Shown here: piece after piece, positions 12,301 to 25,949 of the stretch
Layout of the letters: every line of letters begins with the position of its first letter
Numbering within the stretch: position 1 is the stretch's first letter
Source of the DNA: Felis catus
Lineage: Eukaryota
Reading direction: 5' to 3'
DNA length: 64,000 bases
Assembly: GCF_018350175.1 (NCBI RefSeq)
Contig: NC_058368.1
Coordinates: forward strand, 108,750,001 to 108,814,000
Notes under the pieces: generated by a model
What the model was told of the DNA's origin: nothing
Databases searched by the model: none
Seen by the model: only the letters and a program-made list of their open reading frames with translations
Position numbers and translations under genes: made by a program

Positions 12301-15300
12301 CCATTCCAACCATTCTAAGTGTCACTGTTTTTTCACAGAACAGACAATAAGCAGAGAAGAGAGAGTTTTGCCTTTGGTTAAAAGTAAATTTTCTGGAAAA
12401 TTTGATAAATAGCTTAATTTTCTGGCTCCCCCATACTCTGACCAAGTTTCTCTTCAGAATGCCACAAAAAGAAACAAATCCACGTTTCACTTAGTTCAGT
12501 GGAAGGCTATGCCTGTCAGTGGGACCTTGCCATTTCCTGACTCATCCCTCTGGAGGTCAGGGTCACACAGCAGCCATCTCTCACTGCCCTAGGGCTGCAA
12601 GGTCCTGTTGTTGGCCACTGAGAGCCACTGGTGTCCACAGGGTTAATATCAGGGCTCAAGTGGCCCAGCCCTCAGCTGGGCAGGAGCATTGAGAACTCAG
12701 GCCTCCTTTTCAAGGCCAGGATGAATGGGGAATATGCAAATGCCCGCCTCCTGAGGAGTGCAGGGGAGGGCCTGGTGCTGTATCTTTCCACTCTGGGCCT
12801 GTCACATGAAAGGGTGTGTATTCCTGCGGCTGGCTCCGGGCGCCAGACTGGGGCTGTTCTCACCAGAAAACAAAAATCTCTTTCAGACCAAGCGAAAACG
12901 AGGCCCTGGCTGGTCCAGGAAGGCTGTTGGACGTTGTTCACACTGACCCACCGAGAGCAACTATCACTTGGATTCTCACTGAACCCGCCACCTTTCCAGA
13001 TGGAGCCAGAGGCCTCTGTGGCCCCAGGGAAAGAAAGCACTGTGTTGGGTCAGAGTGGATGGCACCAAGAAGTAGGATTGGCTCGTTCTGAGGATCTGTT
13101 CGTTTTGCCCCCTTTCGAAAATAGAAATGGCTGGATCTAAGGTCATCCCCTTTTATTTATGAGGGAACTTTGGTAATTTTCACAGTGTTGATGATTAAAC
13201 ATTGAGAAAGAAAAGGGAAGAAAAATGTAATGGCAAACGAAAGAACTTGCAGTGCCCAGAAAGGACTTTTAAGAATGGAGGCCGTGTGCATCCTCTGCCC
13301 ACCTCGCCAGGAACTGCTGCCACACTGCCCTCAAACTGTGGGTAGGGTCTACGGTAACCCAGAGCCCAGCGTGCGAGATCACAAGCTTCTGGGACACTCC
13401 AAGGCTTGGACTCCATCCTCAACAGAGGCCCCATGACAAGATCAGACATCAATTTTGTTCAGACTTCCAGAGGCCAGAAGAGCTGCTTTTCTGACACCTG
13501 GGGGTCACCAGGAGCTGTCCATTAACCAGAGTACAAACCTAGTACCTTATGAAGTATGAATGCTACTCAGACTCCCATTAACAGGAGACAGTGACACAGG
13601 GAGACCTCAAACACACACACGGTGGTTTAGCCTGAGAGGAAATCTAGGACAAAAACGCTTGAGGAACTGATTCAGAAGCAACAGGAGGTCTGGTGGCTGC
13701 TCTGCTGATTCCCTGCAAGCCAATGGAAACAGGCCTGGTCAGCTTCTCAGCCCAAAGAAAATGCCCATCTCTGATGAACATCCATTGCTGTTCCCTCCTC
13801 AGGTCTTTCACCTGTAAGTTGGGGCCAACAGTACCCCCATGAAGCCAAGAGGCCAGGCATGTCTGTGAGTGTTCAGGGAGCTACCCCGAGGGGAACAGGA
13901 GGTCAGAGGAAGGAGAGGAGCAGGAGGGGAAAGGACACTTCAGTACAGATGGAAAGGGTGCTTCATGGGTCTCAGCCTTCCCTGATGTCTGACCCGTGGC
14001 AAGGGATAGGGACATATGTACACACACCTCTCACCAGCCCACTGGCCAGGAAAAGGCCTGCCCTCCCTTTCTCTCCACCACTCCAAGATGAGCTAGGCTT
14101 GTGGGGAGAGACTGTAGGCAGGGTGGGGGGCTGAGTAAAGGTGAGTTGAGGGCATCTCCAAGAGAACCATGTCCAACCCATCTGCTAGAAGGCACTATTA
14201 CCGTTAACACTGAAGCTCGCCAGACACTAAGCAGGGTCCTGGGGTTTAGGTGGCTTCACGCAACCTCAGCTCTAGGGGCCATAGCAGAGGGGCCAGAAGC
14301 ACTGCCCTTTCCAAAGTTAAGGATTCACTGAAGGTCTGGATGGGTCCCGGTGAGTCCCCCTTCTCCGTGTTGTTAACTGCTTTCATCTCATTGGCCTCTA
14401 TAGCCTCGCCATCCAGCCTCTGGCCAACTTCCCTGTCCAACCTTACTGGCAGGCCCATATTTTATCCTGCTGCCCAGTCTCTGACTGACCTCACTGTCCC
14501 TCCCAGTGCCTCTTATGCCTATTCGACAGGATCTGCAGTCACTGCCCAGAATGGTCTATAGCCAAGGCTGGGCCAGGAGTTAGTGGTCAGAAGGACACTG
14601 ACTGGAGATAGTTAACCCCAGCAGCAATCCACATGCTGGAGGGTACCAAAGGGCCTTGTAGCAGGGCTGAGTCCTGGTTGGTCCCTTGGGATCCACCTCC
14701 TGTACTGGTGGGCCAGGCTGGTGTAGTGCACTGGGACTAGGGTGGGATTCCTGGTGTTGGTTAGTGGGCTTGGTCCCAGAGCTGCCTGTTTGACCTGGGC
14801 CTGCCTGTCCTCTCTCTTTCCTCCAATAATCATCAATCACTGGGTCTGTTCCTAGCCCCAAAAGGTGTCATTCCAGATTTGCTTGTCCCAGGGTCTGAAA
14901 ACAGAGATGCTGATTGTTCCCTCACTGGTACTATCCTGGCCTGGCTTCTTGCTCTAAAGCCCCAGAAGACACCTATCTCAGAATGCAGGCCTGAATGGGC
15001 AGATGGCAAATCAGAAGCCAGCACCCCCCTCCCCCACAACTATTCTCCATAGACAACCCCAGCCAAACACCTGAACTAGCTGTCAGGAAAGGAAAGATGT
15101 TCCTGGGAAGAGCAAGTAGGTAGGTACAGGTGGGACTTTTTGGGATCTAAAAATCCTTCGGGCTCTGAGATTACAGGTTAGGTCTCAGAACAGATAGCTC
15201 AGTTTGGTTCAGAATTTGTCCCAACCCACTTCCCATCTTTCCATTTCTGCCTATCACGGACCCCAAGCCTCACATGAATCAAAAGCCACAAAAAGGAACA

Positions 15301-18300
15301 AGGTCTGGGAATGACTACACCCACCATGAGCTCCCAGAGCATCCAAGCCTTGGTGGGAGACCAGCCTGGGCATCCTGAAGGACACTCCAAGGGCCCAAAG
15401 TAGCATTCCTGAAGCCCAATGGGTGGCTAGTGATGATTCTGGCCATGCCAATGCAGGAAATGGGGCCATCACACCAGACCATCAAGTGAGCTGAGGACCC
15501 TGATTAGGGCCTCCTGTCTGCTCTAGTTGGTCAGAGCTCCCACCCTACTGGAGCTCTAAGGAAACAAAATACCTCACCCTTAGAGAAGAATATCTTCCAG
15601 AAAACCAATCACCTGCAGGTATGGGTGTGGTCCTTCCCTCCTTCCTTTAGCAAAAACTTTTGGATCACCTCCTTCTGTTCTGGGTTCTTAGCACTAACGG
15701 TTCCCCCGTGAAGGCTGACCTGTCCTGCCTGCGAGGAGTTCATGCCTGCTTTCCCCTACTGTTTCTACCACACTGGCATCATCCCCAGTTGGCACCTAGT
15801 AAAAGCACACACAAGATCTATTATTTGCTAATTGATTTGTGGTAAGAGAATGGCTTATAAAACACATCATTATTAAATTATTCTCATGGAATTCTTCATA
15901 TTACTCATTTATGCAGTAAACAACAGCTCACACTGTGCCTGGCCCCAGACTGGGGCACAGAGAGAAGAAACTCTGGCCCTGCCCTCTAGGAGATCATACT
16001 ATAGGAGGCCCAAAACTGCAGCTCAGTGGGAGAGGTGCCACTAGCCACGGCTTGTAGATGTGCAGGGGTAGTGTCACCTTGGCCACCCACATGTCCAGTT
16101 TGGGCTATGTTTCCTTGAAGCAGCCACTGTACAGAACAAAGCCCAGGATGCCTGGCTTGGTATTCCAGGGCCTGCAGAACCCAGCCCTGATGACCTCACT
16201 CGCCAAGCCGAGTTTGGCCACAGTCACTCCTATGACCAGTCTTTCCTCAGACTAGTCCTTCTGCTTGGAATGCCTTGTTTCCCTACTCCCTTTCTGCACA
16301 TCAGAACCCTGCACCTGCTTTAAGGAAGGCCTAGCTTGAATTAACATTTAAAGGGCCCTTTCCTATGTGCCAGCCCCTGCTCTCAGCACTTGATGTCTGT
16401 CCTCTCTTCAAACCCTCCCCCTTCCAAGGACCACTCCCTTACTTGTGCCCACGGACAAGTCTGCTGGAGGGCTCATGCCCTGGCTGCTCAGGTCTGATGG
16501 TTCCTCCCTGGACTGGAAGTCTGAGGGTATGGTCTGGCTCATAGCTCTTAGGAGTTGCTTCACCCCTGAACCTCCCTGAGTCTCACTGCGTCATTTTTTA
16601 AATGGGGATAACAGCACGACAGTGTTGTGGGGAAGATTAAAGGAAAGGTTAGGGAATTGTAGAACACAGGGCTTGACACATGGTAGGTGCTCAGGGAAAC
16701 AGCAGTCAAATCAGCACGTTTGCAACAACACTTCCCCCCATAAAAACAACCCCCTCCCACATTCCATAAATATGTGAGTGCCTACTATGTGCCACGCTAA
16801 TCACATGGCTAATTACAAAGTGCAGCTTGTGTTATACAAATGCCTATAATTTTTGCTTCTTTTTGCAAACAAGCCAGAGCCTCATGCTCACTTATTCTGC
16901 TTGATGTATGTATGGAATAGTCCTGGGTCCCATCTGGGCCTGAAGCTGAGCCAAAGTCAGCCTTCTGAAGGTCAATCTAAGGGCCCTTGTAATCACATGG
17001 GACAGGAAACCAGCCAGAGCTGAAAGGCCCAGTTCTGCCGCCCTCTGGTGTTGGTGTGCTGTCACTGGTATGACTCTTGTATCCTACCACAGGCTGGGGA
17101 GGATAAGGTGCTGAGGTGAGAATTCTCCTACAGAGCAGTGCATCATGTGTAAATCCAAATTTTCTTTTGTGAGGCATGCCCTCAGCTGTTCTGCCTGGAG
17201 CCCCACAATATTTACAGGTCCTAAGTGCCTTCTTGGGCCCCCTATAATGGCCCCAGATCTCTTATCAGTCCTCTATACTACTGGGAGCCTGGAATCAGTG
17301 GGGGAAGATTTGATGGGGTTGAACTGAGCCAAGCTGTGCAAGCCTGCACCTTCCTTGGACACTTACAGCCAGATGGCTGCCACACCAGTCTCTGCCACCA
17401 GAGCCAGCCCTCATTCCCCACGGCCACAGCTGAGGCTTCCTACTTTCCCCTCCAGGAGCCCAGCCTCAACCTGAGCCACATCTAATCTCATCCAAACCAT
17501 CAACAGCCTCTCTGCACCCTACCAGCCTCCATTCTCCCCCTGCTGGCACAGCCTGGCCAGTGCACCTGAACAGGGAGCTTCTCTACAGGCTAAAGAAACC
17601 TCCTTTCCTCCAGAATCTCCAGCTATCCAGACTCCATCTTCCTCCCACAATCTAGACCCCCTAGGCACAAGGCTCTGAAGACCCACTCCTCTATAATTCT
17701 TCTTGCACATCTTTGCTGACCTGATGTTCTCTACCTGCCTCTGACAAACACCCTTCTATGCCACAGAAGCCTATTAAGATGTCACCAATGGTCAGGCACA
17801 TGGTTGAGCAGAATAGACCTTGTCTATTCTGACATGGTGCTGCATCAACCTAGAGGAAGGGACACCCTTTCAGAAATTCATCCACTAAGTGGGGTACCTC
17901 TTTCTGCTTTGCCCAGTGGTGCCGGATGGCCAGGCAGAAATGGCAATCCATTGCTCCCACAGTCCTGAGAACTCATGACACTGAAAGCAATGAGGTTTTC
18001 CCAGGCCAGGCACAGCATCTGACTCAAGCTGGATCTATTTTATTTGTTTCCTTGTTTACTACTCAACACACAGGTGGGACCTGGGCTGGCCCAGGACTCA
18101 GTACTGGCCTCTCCAGTGCGGAATAGGAAAGATGCAGCTCTTGCTCTCCTAGGGCTCAGAGAACAAGGCTGCCTCCCCCAGATGGAAAGTTCTTCCTCCA
18201 GGTGTCTTCCTCCTACCTTTTCACATTATCTCCTCCCTGCAGCCCCTTGTAGGCAGTCCTTGTCTCCTTAGAGCCAGAATGGGTGGCAAAAAGCACATAC

Positions 18301-20329
18301 CTCTACTAAAGAGTGACATCAGCTTGAGGGTCCTCTCCTCTTTCTAGCTGAGCCAAAGGGATCTGACAGCTTCCTAGGAACCCTGGAGATCACAAGGCCG
18401 AATGTATTGTCAGTCTTAGCCTAGGAGTTTCCTCTCTCCCCACAGAAAAGCTGGGGACTAGGCAAAGTACCAAGCACGGTGGACACATGATCTGGGAGTA
18501 CCCTAACATGATTGTGGGATGCTCCATCCAGTGATCACTACTTAGTCACTCACTCTGGTGCCAAATATGGCATCTTTGAGGAATTTCCTGTTTTGCATTG
18601 AGGAGCTTGCCCTGTATGGAAGCAGCTGCCACCTGTACCAAGAGTCACCTTCCCTGACCACTCCAGGGCCTCTGAACAGTCATTCAGAGAGGCATGTGAC
18701 CACTTTGGGAAATACTCCACAATGATGCAGGACAGAAGATCAGTTTGAGTCAATGTCTGCTGAACCCCAATTTCAGACAAGGACCCAACACTGTAAGGGG
18801 CTTTTTCTCAAAGGCTGCTGATTACTCCCAACACATGTGGCCCTGTAGTCTCCAGATATCTTCTTGCAGCTGCAGGAGACCAAGGTTCCATGGCTTGGTG
18901 AGGGCCTACTAAGGGTAAAGCAAAGGGTCCTGGCACTAGGGAAAGGCTTGGAGACCATCACTCAGTAAATGGTGGCTGTCGCTATCACCATCATCATCCT
19001 CATCATTATTTTGGTAACTCCTGCCCCTGACCCGTGAGTCCAGCTCCGGCTCCGACCTTGCCTGCTAGATGAGCACATCAGGCCCAGAGTGGCCCTGCAT
19101 GGCCTGTCCTCAGACACCAACAGACAGAAGGAGCTTAGGGAGCTGAAGGGATTAGAGAGGCCTCACTCACTCCCCGGCTCAGGGGAAGTGTCCCCGTGGC
19201 CCAACTGAGGGCAATGGGGGGGGGGGGTCGGTGATCACCTGGCCCACCAACCAAGTTTCAGGCCTTATACCACCATGCACTTAGCAATGATTGATCGATT
19301 AAAGCCTCACATCAAATCCCACTCTGCCAGATATTATCCATGTGACACTGGGCAAGTCAATTACCTCTGAGCCTCAGTTAGAAAGGGAAAGTGCCACCAA
19401 ACTCCTTGTATTTGCTGTGAATATTAAATAGTACATGTAAAGTTTCAGGTAAGGATTTCAAAACGGTTGGATTCCCCTTCTTTGGCTCAAAAAGAACCTT
19501 ATGACCTCTGAAGCTGCAGTTTGAATGTGAATTAACATTCACGGAGTATTCACTTTAGACTAGGTCCCTTTTAAGGCCAGTTTAAGTTTCAAACACTTCA
19601 CATACCTTATCAGGCTTAAATCTGCACATGGGCAGTCCGATGTGGAGACCCTTTAGTGGTATTATACCCTGGAGGAACCTAACGCTCTCAGAGGGGACTG
19701 GCTGGTGCAGGCAGCAGAACTGGTGGATGAACGGGCCTGTGGTGAGACCCCAGGTGTGTGTAGGGGGGTGAGGGGAGTGCTGGGCAGGGATTCACAGGGG
19801 GTCCTTACTGCTTCCTAAGAGAATGTAGGGGCGAGGAGCTCACTCCTGTGAGGGGGAGGGGAAAGGCCCAGGAGCAGTGGGGACACAAGCAGTGGGTAGA
19901 GCTGAGGAATCAGGTAAACACCTCCGTTACAGAAATCTAGTTAAGATTTCTGGCTCAAGGGTGGGCAGTGAGGGGTCTTGAGGAGACCCCTGACCACGAT
20001 CAGAAGCCCCAGGACAGTGCTGGTTATGTCGCTGACTTGCGGCAAAACGTCAGGCACCAACAACCTCTGTTTCTGGACACTAGGGATGGGCAAGGATGCC
20101 CTACGTGTCCCTTGCGGTACGAGTGGGCTCGGCCTAGTCTTGATCACCGGTGGTGCTCCCTTAAGGGGAGAGGATGCGAGAACCCGAGGGAGGCTGTTGT
20201 GATGTCCTGAGAGCCAGGTCCCTCATTTCCGAACAACCAGCTGCTTCCCAAACCCCGACCCAGAGCCCGCCAGAATTTGGGGGTGGGGAGACGACCTGGG
20301 AGGCCAGGGTGGCAAGAAAGACTTGAAGG

Positions 20330-21060
20330 GACTGCTCAGAGGCCGAGACTGGGAGCTCACCTCCACCCGGAGCCAAGACCCTACAGCGCGCGGGGGATGG
20401 GGGTCTGGGACGAGGACAGAATGGGGACTTACCCGCGAATAGCCAGAGGGAGCCCCCGGAGACGAGGAAGAAGGTCAGCATGTCGATCAGCGGGGCCCGG
20501 CCTGGCCCTGCACGGCCTCCTCGGCCGCAGCCCCGCAGCCCCGCAGCCCCAGCAGTCGCCTCGCTGCCGCCGTCGCCGCCGCCGCCGGGTATTTTTAGCC
20601 CCCGCCCCCCGGCTCCGCAGCGCCCCCCCTCTCCGCGCCGCTGCGGAGTCTTGGCGGGAGGGGGAGGGCGCGGCGCGCGCTCGGCACCGGAGCCCCCCAG
20701 GCCGCCTTGCAACCTGCCCAGTCCCTGGCGCCCCCAGCGCTCAGAGCCTCTTCGGAACCGCCGAGGCCCGGGAGGGGGAGGGGCTGGCCGCAGCGCCAAC
20801 CAGCCCTCTGCGCCCCCGCCCCCAACGTCAGGACTAGGCGTTCTGGGGAAACGGGCAGAAGAGGGGCGCACGGGAGACGAGCGGCGGAGCGTGAACCGCG
20901 CTCACCTCACCGCTGCGCGACCCTTTCTCCGCGTGCCCCTGCCTTTGATTGCTGGGCAGGCTTGGGTGGCAGAGGGGTTGCAGTCACCTGTTCTAGGAGG
21001 CACGCTGCCTGTGGGCCGGTTCCCGCTGACGCGGACGCCTCCCAGGACCCAAGTTTACAG
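20330..21060. promoter_or_regulatory. ACSL6: CpG island / ACSL6 promoter region
   Basis: Very GC- and CpG-rich, with GCC repeats and GC boxes around the first coding exon. A further GAG|gtgagc donor on the minus strand at 20905 suggests an upstream non-coding exon. Confidence 0.88.
20433..20481 (-). CDS. ACSL6: ACSL6 first coding exon (49 nt CDS): MLTFFLVSGGSLWLFA(E)
   Basis: ATG at 20481 and G|gtaagt donor. Phase 1 matches exon 2 (49+221=270 nt). Matches the long-isoform N-terminus MLTFFLVSGGSLWLF. Confidence 0.93.
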
Positions 21061-24000
21061 ACACCAGGAGCCCATGGGTGCCAAGTTCGCAAGCCAGAGA
21101 AGAGAGAGGTGGTCCGTGTAGGCTCTGGCAAACGAATTTCTAGGCCTGATTAGGGCCCAAATTCCTTGGGAACCCCAGACTTCAGATCTTCCCTTCTGGG
21201 AAGGTTGAATCTGAGGCCACCCAAGGTCACAGGAGGCTCCATGTAGTCACAACCTGCCACATGGGTCACAGGAGGTCACAGGAAACCACATGGAATCACA
21301 GGTGTTTCTTGAATACACAGGCAGTCATGGTCTTCATACATACCTATTTATGGCACATGAGGTCTCAAGAAGCCCCCCATAGCTACAGGGAATGGCTACA
21401 GAGCCACCCACAGCCACATATGGCCACTTTACTGGCTGAGGGGTTGGACACCTTCTGTTTCAGTGTCTGGGATGGAAAGAGGAAGCCCAGTTGTACCTTC
21501 TTTTGAAAGAATAACTAGAATAAATTTAGATATCCTGGTGGGTCCTACACCTACACCCGGATTTCAGGGTCACCTCCTCCGGACACTCTTGCTGTTCTTA
21601 AATGTGCATGTCCCACCAGGCCTCCAGCACCGAGGACAGCGCTCAAGCAGCCCAGTCCAGAATATATGCAACCCTCCCAGGCCAGGCACTAGCTGACCCA
21701 AGGAGAAAAGGGTAGAAAACCAGAGAACAGAGATCAGGTGGCAGAGAATGGAAGAGCCAGAGGTCTCTTCAGACCCACCAGAGACCACCTGCCCTATGTG
21801 CGCATGTGCTCAACAACTTAGCCATTAGGGTGTGAATTTGTACAGGGGCCTGCACCAGTATATGGCATACGTCTGCCCAGGCCTGTCCATAGACACCTGT
21901 AGGTGAAAGGGTACATATGTGTGCCTCTGAGACAATTCCCATATTTACAGTAGGATCTTCCACCATCCCCATAGCAGGATCTGGACTCATGGTAGAGATG
22001 CTCCTGCTGGAACTCAGGCACAACCTGGCAGGGACTTTGATGGAATCTCTCATGCTCCAGGTTTGGAAGGCTCCTCCAAGAGGATGTCACATGGCTATCA
22101 GAATCTCACACGCCCCACCCCTCCAAAATCCCACTGGCAGCAGACTAACTGAAGCCCTGCTGGTGCTCATAAGGAAACCTAAGGGGAACCAGAAGGCTGG
22201 GCAACAAGAAAGTATCTCTCCAGATCAGATTAGTCTAGAGAGATCGTCAGACAATTTCTCCATAGGGCAGGGGGCCAACAAAGAACTTCTCCATAGAGCA
22301 GGAGGCCCAGAAGACATGCCACTAGCCCCAGGCCCAGCCTTCTTCTACAACACTCAGCTGCAGAAGTGCTCCAGTCCCTTGCATGGCTCCTGGCAGCCTC
22401 TTCTCCAGAGTGATGTCATGGGACACATTTAGTCTGGCCTCCTGCAGGATGTCGCATCCAGTTACTCTTCTACAGATGTCTCTGATCTTGTGAATATTTT
22501 AAGTCAAAAAGATGTGCTTGAGCTGTGACAGATTACAGCTTAACTGAGTATTTTTCAAGCATGGCCTATCTCCACCTACTCCTTGAGGGGTGGGGATTCG
22601 AAGACCATGGGCCTGGCTGTGGGATCACGGCCAGGTATCTTTCCTCTTTAGGCTTATTCCTGCCACTGGCTACAGACACTTGCTCTTTTCTGTCTTTGGT
22701 TCCAGAGATCTCTTTCCCCCTCTGTGGGTGGATATCTATGGACCTTCTGTGAACTTCAGCAGTTGTGACACTGAGGCATCCAGATTGCATGGGTAGCAGC
22801 CATGGAACTCAGCAGGAGGGGACCCAGGGCCCAGAGATACCAAGGCCAGCCTGGAGGACCCTTGGACTTCTCTGTTAGTAAGATCAGCCACAGTAGTGGT
22901 CAGCTCGGTTCACATCTATCTCTTCCCAGATCAGCACCTCTGACAGAGCAGGCAGGTGGGATCCTGATCATGTTTTCAAATCCTGACACAGGGTCTGATC
23001 CAGAGAATACAGAGAACAGTATATATTTCAACAGAAGACTGAAGTCCAGCGAGCAGAAATTTGCCTCAGGTCACAGAGCAATTCTGGCCTCCAGACTCTC
23101 ATTCATCCACCCATCCATTCATTCATTCATTCATTCAGCTAATGTTCACTAGTATATATTTGGCCCCCTACTTGGAACCAAGGAGAGAAAAAAAGTCAAA
23201 AAGGAAGCACAGGTGATGAGCAGTCCAAGTGGTGAATGTGAAGACACACATTTAATCCTAGCCTAACCCAGGGGAGATATCCTGAAGGAGGAAATATTCC
23301 AGAGGGGCCTTAAATCTTGCCAGACATCAAAGTGGAGCAAAAGACACCACTTCCAGTCCTTGCTGTAGTTCTGCCATGCTGTGCAGTCCTGGGCAAGCTT
23401 CTTGTCCCTCTCTGTGTCCATTGGTACAAAGAGAGGCTAATCGAGAGGTTTCTGGCATCAGGACTTAACTGACTGACTAGCCACACCTCTGCTGCCACTT
23501 CATCATCACAAAAAGTCACCCTCTGGTCTGTGAGGTCCAGTGTCATTCTGTCTCTAGCCTGATAATGGCTCTAAGTACTATCAAACAATGAGCTCAGCCA
23601 CTCTGGTCTCATGTTTTCCTGAAGTTAGGACATCTGAGCCATGCTTCTCTGACAGTGGTGGACCTTCTGATTTTTTTGACTCTCCAACATTTTTTTTTAA
23701 CACTCTCCTTTATTTTGATAGTTTCCCACATTGTAAGAACCTTCCTCTTAAGGTAGAATGCAGAAAACTCTCTTTTTCAGCCTGCTTTGCAGGAGGGGGT
23801 GGATAAGTGACTTAGACCAGGCCGATGAGATATACCCTTGTAAGCCTTTGATTCAAAAGCCAACAGTAAGCAAGAGAAAGTCCTATGTGTGGTCTCCATC
23901 TTACTGGCACAGGCTGGGAGCAGAAGCAATGGATAGAGGATGGTTTGAGGAGTTGTTCCTAGAAGCTGAGATCTGACTCTTTTTCTTGAACCTTCCCCCA

Positions 24001-24726
24001 AATTCTGTGGGCCACCTAACATTCTTTAAAATGCTCCTTTTCTGCTTAAAATAGTCAGTATGGATTTTGTTGCTTGCAGTCAAGAACTCAAACTGATTTA
24101 CTCACTACCCCACTGCTAAAGGTCTTTCCAGCCCTTACTATATGATGCCCCCCCACTCTCATCGCTGCATACATGAGGAAATAGAAGCTCTAGGTGGTGG
24201 GCCTGGGTGAGCTGAGCCTGATTTTTGTTTCTCTGCACTCTGACAACCACAAATCCAAAGAGCTGAGGCAAGAACTTGAAACCCTATCCAGAGCAGAAGC
24301 TTGGAATATATGATGAAATTGCTGGAGGGCTGCAAACAACATTCAACCCATGTCTTTCATTGAACAGTAGAAATCCCACTCCCCTCCATATTAATAAAAT
24401 TGTTCAATGTAGAAATGTTAGAAAATACAGGAAAGTATAAGCTAAAGTTATTTGTAATCTCATTCCCCCAAGGATAATGAACAATGTGATTTTGTATATT
24501 TTCTAACAATAATAATAGCAATAATAATATCAAACATTCACATCGTGCTTAGTATGTGCCAGATGTTCTTTCTTTTTTTTTTTCTTTTTAAAAGATTTTA
24601 TTTTTAAGTAATCTCTACACTCAACTCACAACCCCGAGATCAAGAGTCTCATGTACTACCAAAGGAGCCAGACAGGTGCCTCCAACCAGGCATTATTTAT
24701 AAGTATTTTACATATATGTTACAAAA

Positions 24727-25106
24727 AGAATTGTATCCTCCCCACCCCTCCCCCAACTCATATGTTGAATCCCCAGCCTCCAATGTGACTATATGTGGAG
24801 ACAGGGTCTTTAAGGAGATAATTAAGGTTACATGAGGCCATAAGGGAGTCCGGATCCAATAGGCCTAGTGTCCTTATAAGAAAAGGGAAAGCCACCAGGA
24901 GGGCACACACACAGAGAAAAGACTGTGAGGACACAGCAAGAAGACAGCCATCCGCAAGCCAAGTAGAGAGGTCTCACCAGATACCAACCCTGCTGACATC
25001 ATGATCTTGGACTTCTGGCCTCCAGAGCTGTGAGAAAATAAATGTCTGTTGTTTAAGCCACTCAGTTTGTGGTATTTTGTTATGGAATCTCCAGAAGACT
25101 AATACA
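24727..25106 (+). mobile_element. MLT1-type (MaLR) solo LTR
   Basis: aattgtatcctcccc...catatgttgaa...aatgtgact...agggtctttaaggagataattaaggtta...ttggacttctggcctccagagctgtgagaaaataaatgtctgttgtttaagcca...ctaataca. Confidence 0.8.
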
Positions 25107-25554
25107 ATATGTTAAGTCATTTAATCCTTATATTCATCCTGTCTTTTCCCCATGCATAGTGGAGTTCAATAACTATTTGTTAAACGAATGAATGATGGAT
25201 GCGGTTTATTCAGTACCCTATGTTACTTTTTTAAACCTGACCACATGAGTATTTTCTCCATGTTATCACCTCTTTAAATTTAAAAAATGGGTACATGATA
25301 ATCATTCATGCATAATTCAGTTAAGAAGCCTATGTTGAGTCCCCCACTATGTGCAAGGCATTATGTAGGTACTGGAGATGTAGCAGTGAACAAACAAGAA
25401 GTCCCTGCCTACATGGTGTGCATCCGCTCTATGGAAAGGCCATTGCCTAGGTGTCAGAAATGCATTAATCTACTTATTTGGGAAGGTTTCTTTTGATTGA
25501 AAGCTTTCTGATGAGCCAACTGGACAGACATAAGCAACCACATTATTTACTGTT

Positions 25555-25738
25555 TTTTTTTTTTAAGTTTATTTATTTATTTTGAGAGAGTGAGAAAGAG
25601 ACAGAGTGAGCAGGTGGGGGGAGAGGGAGAGAGAATACCAAGCAGGCTCCATGCTGTTAGTGCTTAGGAACCGTGACATCACGACCTGAGCCAAAACCAA
25701 AAATCAGATCCTTCAATGAGTGACCAACCCAGGCGCCC
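25555..25738 (-). mobile_element. Carnivore SINE
   Basis: T-rich tail, GA-rich tract, ends cccaggcgcccc. Confidence 0.85.
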
Positions 25739-25949
25739 CATCCCCAGATTCTTTAATTTTAAAAAGGCCAATTAAATAACTAGAGGGCTCCTGGGATTTC
25801 CCCAGAGTCATAGAAGAACAAACATGAAGGACTTGGAATTTGTCCTGAGTTCACAAGCCTGGAAGTTAGAGCTAATCAAGCCACTAGCACCAGCATCTGT
25901 GCCTCCCACTCACACAAGGTCAGGATTTGATGGGAAAAAAATCACATTT

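Noticed and set aside
17809..17831. Perfect 10-bp hairpin CAGAATAGAC-ctt-GTCTATTCTG
   Set aside because: One such stem is plausible by chance in 64 kb, and there is no extended pre-miRNA or ncRNA structure.
20161..21153. Several long overlapping ORFs (186-236 aa) rich in Gly, Pro, Arg and Ala
   Set aside because: By-product of the GC-rich CpG island, which has few stop codons. Only the 49-nt ACSL6 exon is supported.
21769..22432. Three overlapping ORFs (90-171 aa) upstream of the ACSL6 promoter, with a short imperfect tandem duplication at about 22255-22315
   Set aside because: No recognisable homology, non-ATG or poor starts, and no consistent splice structure. BLASTx would be needed to exclude a retrocopy.
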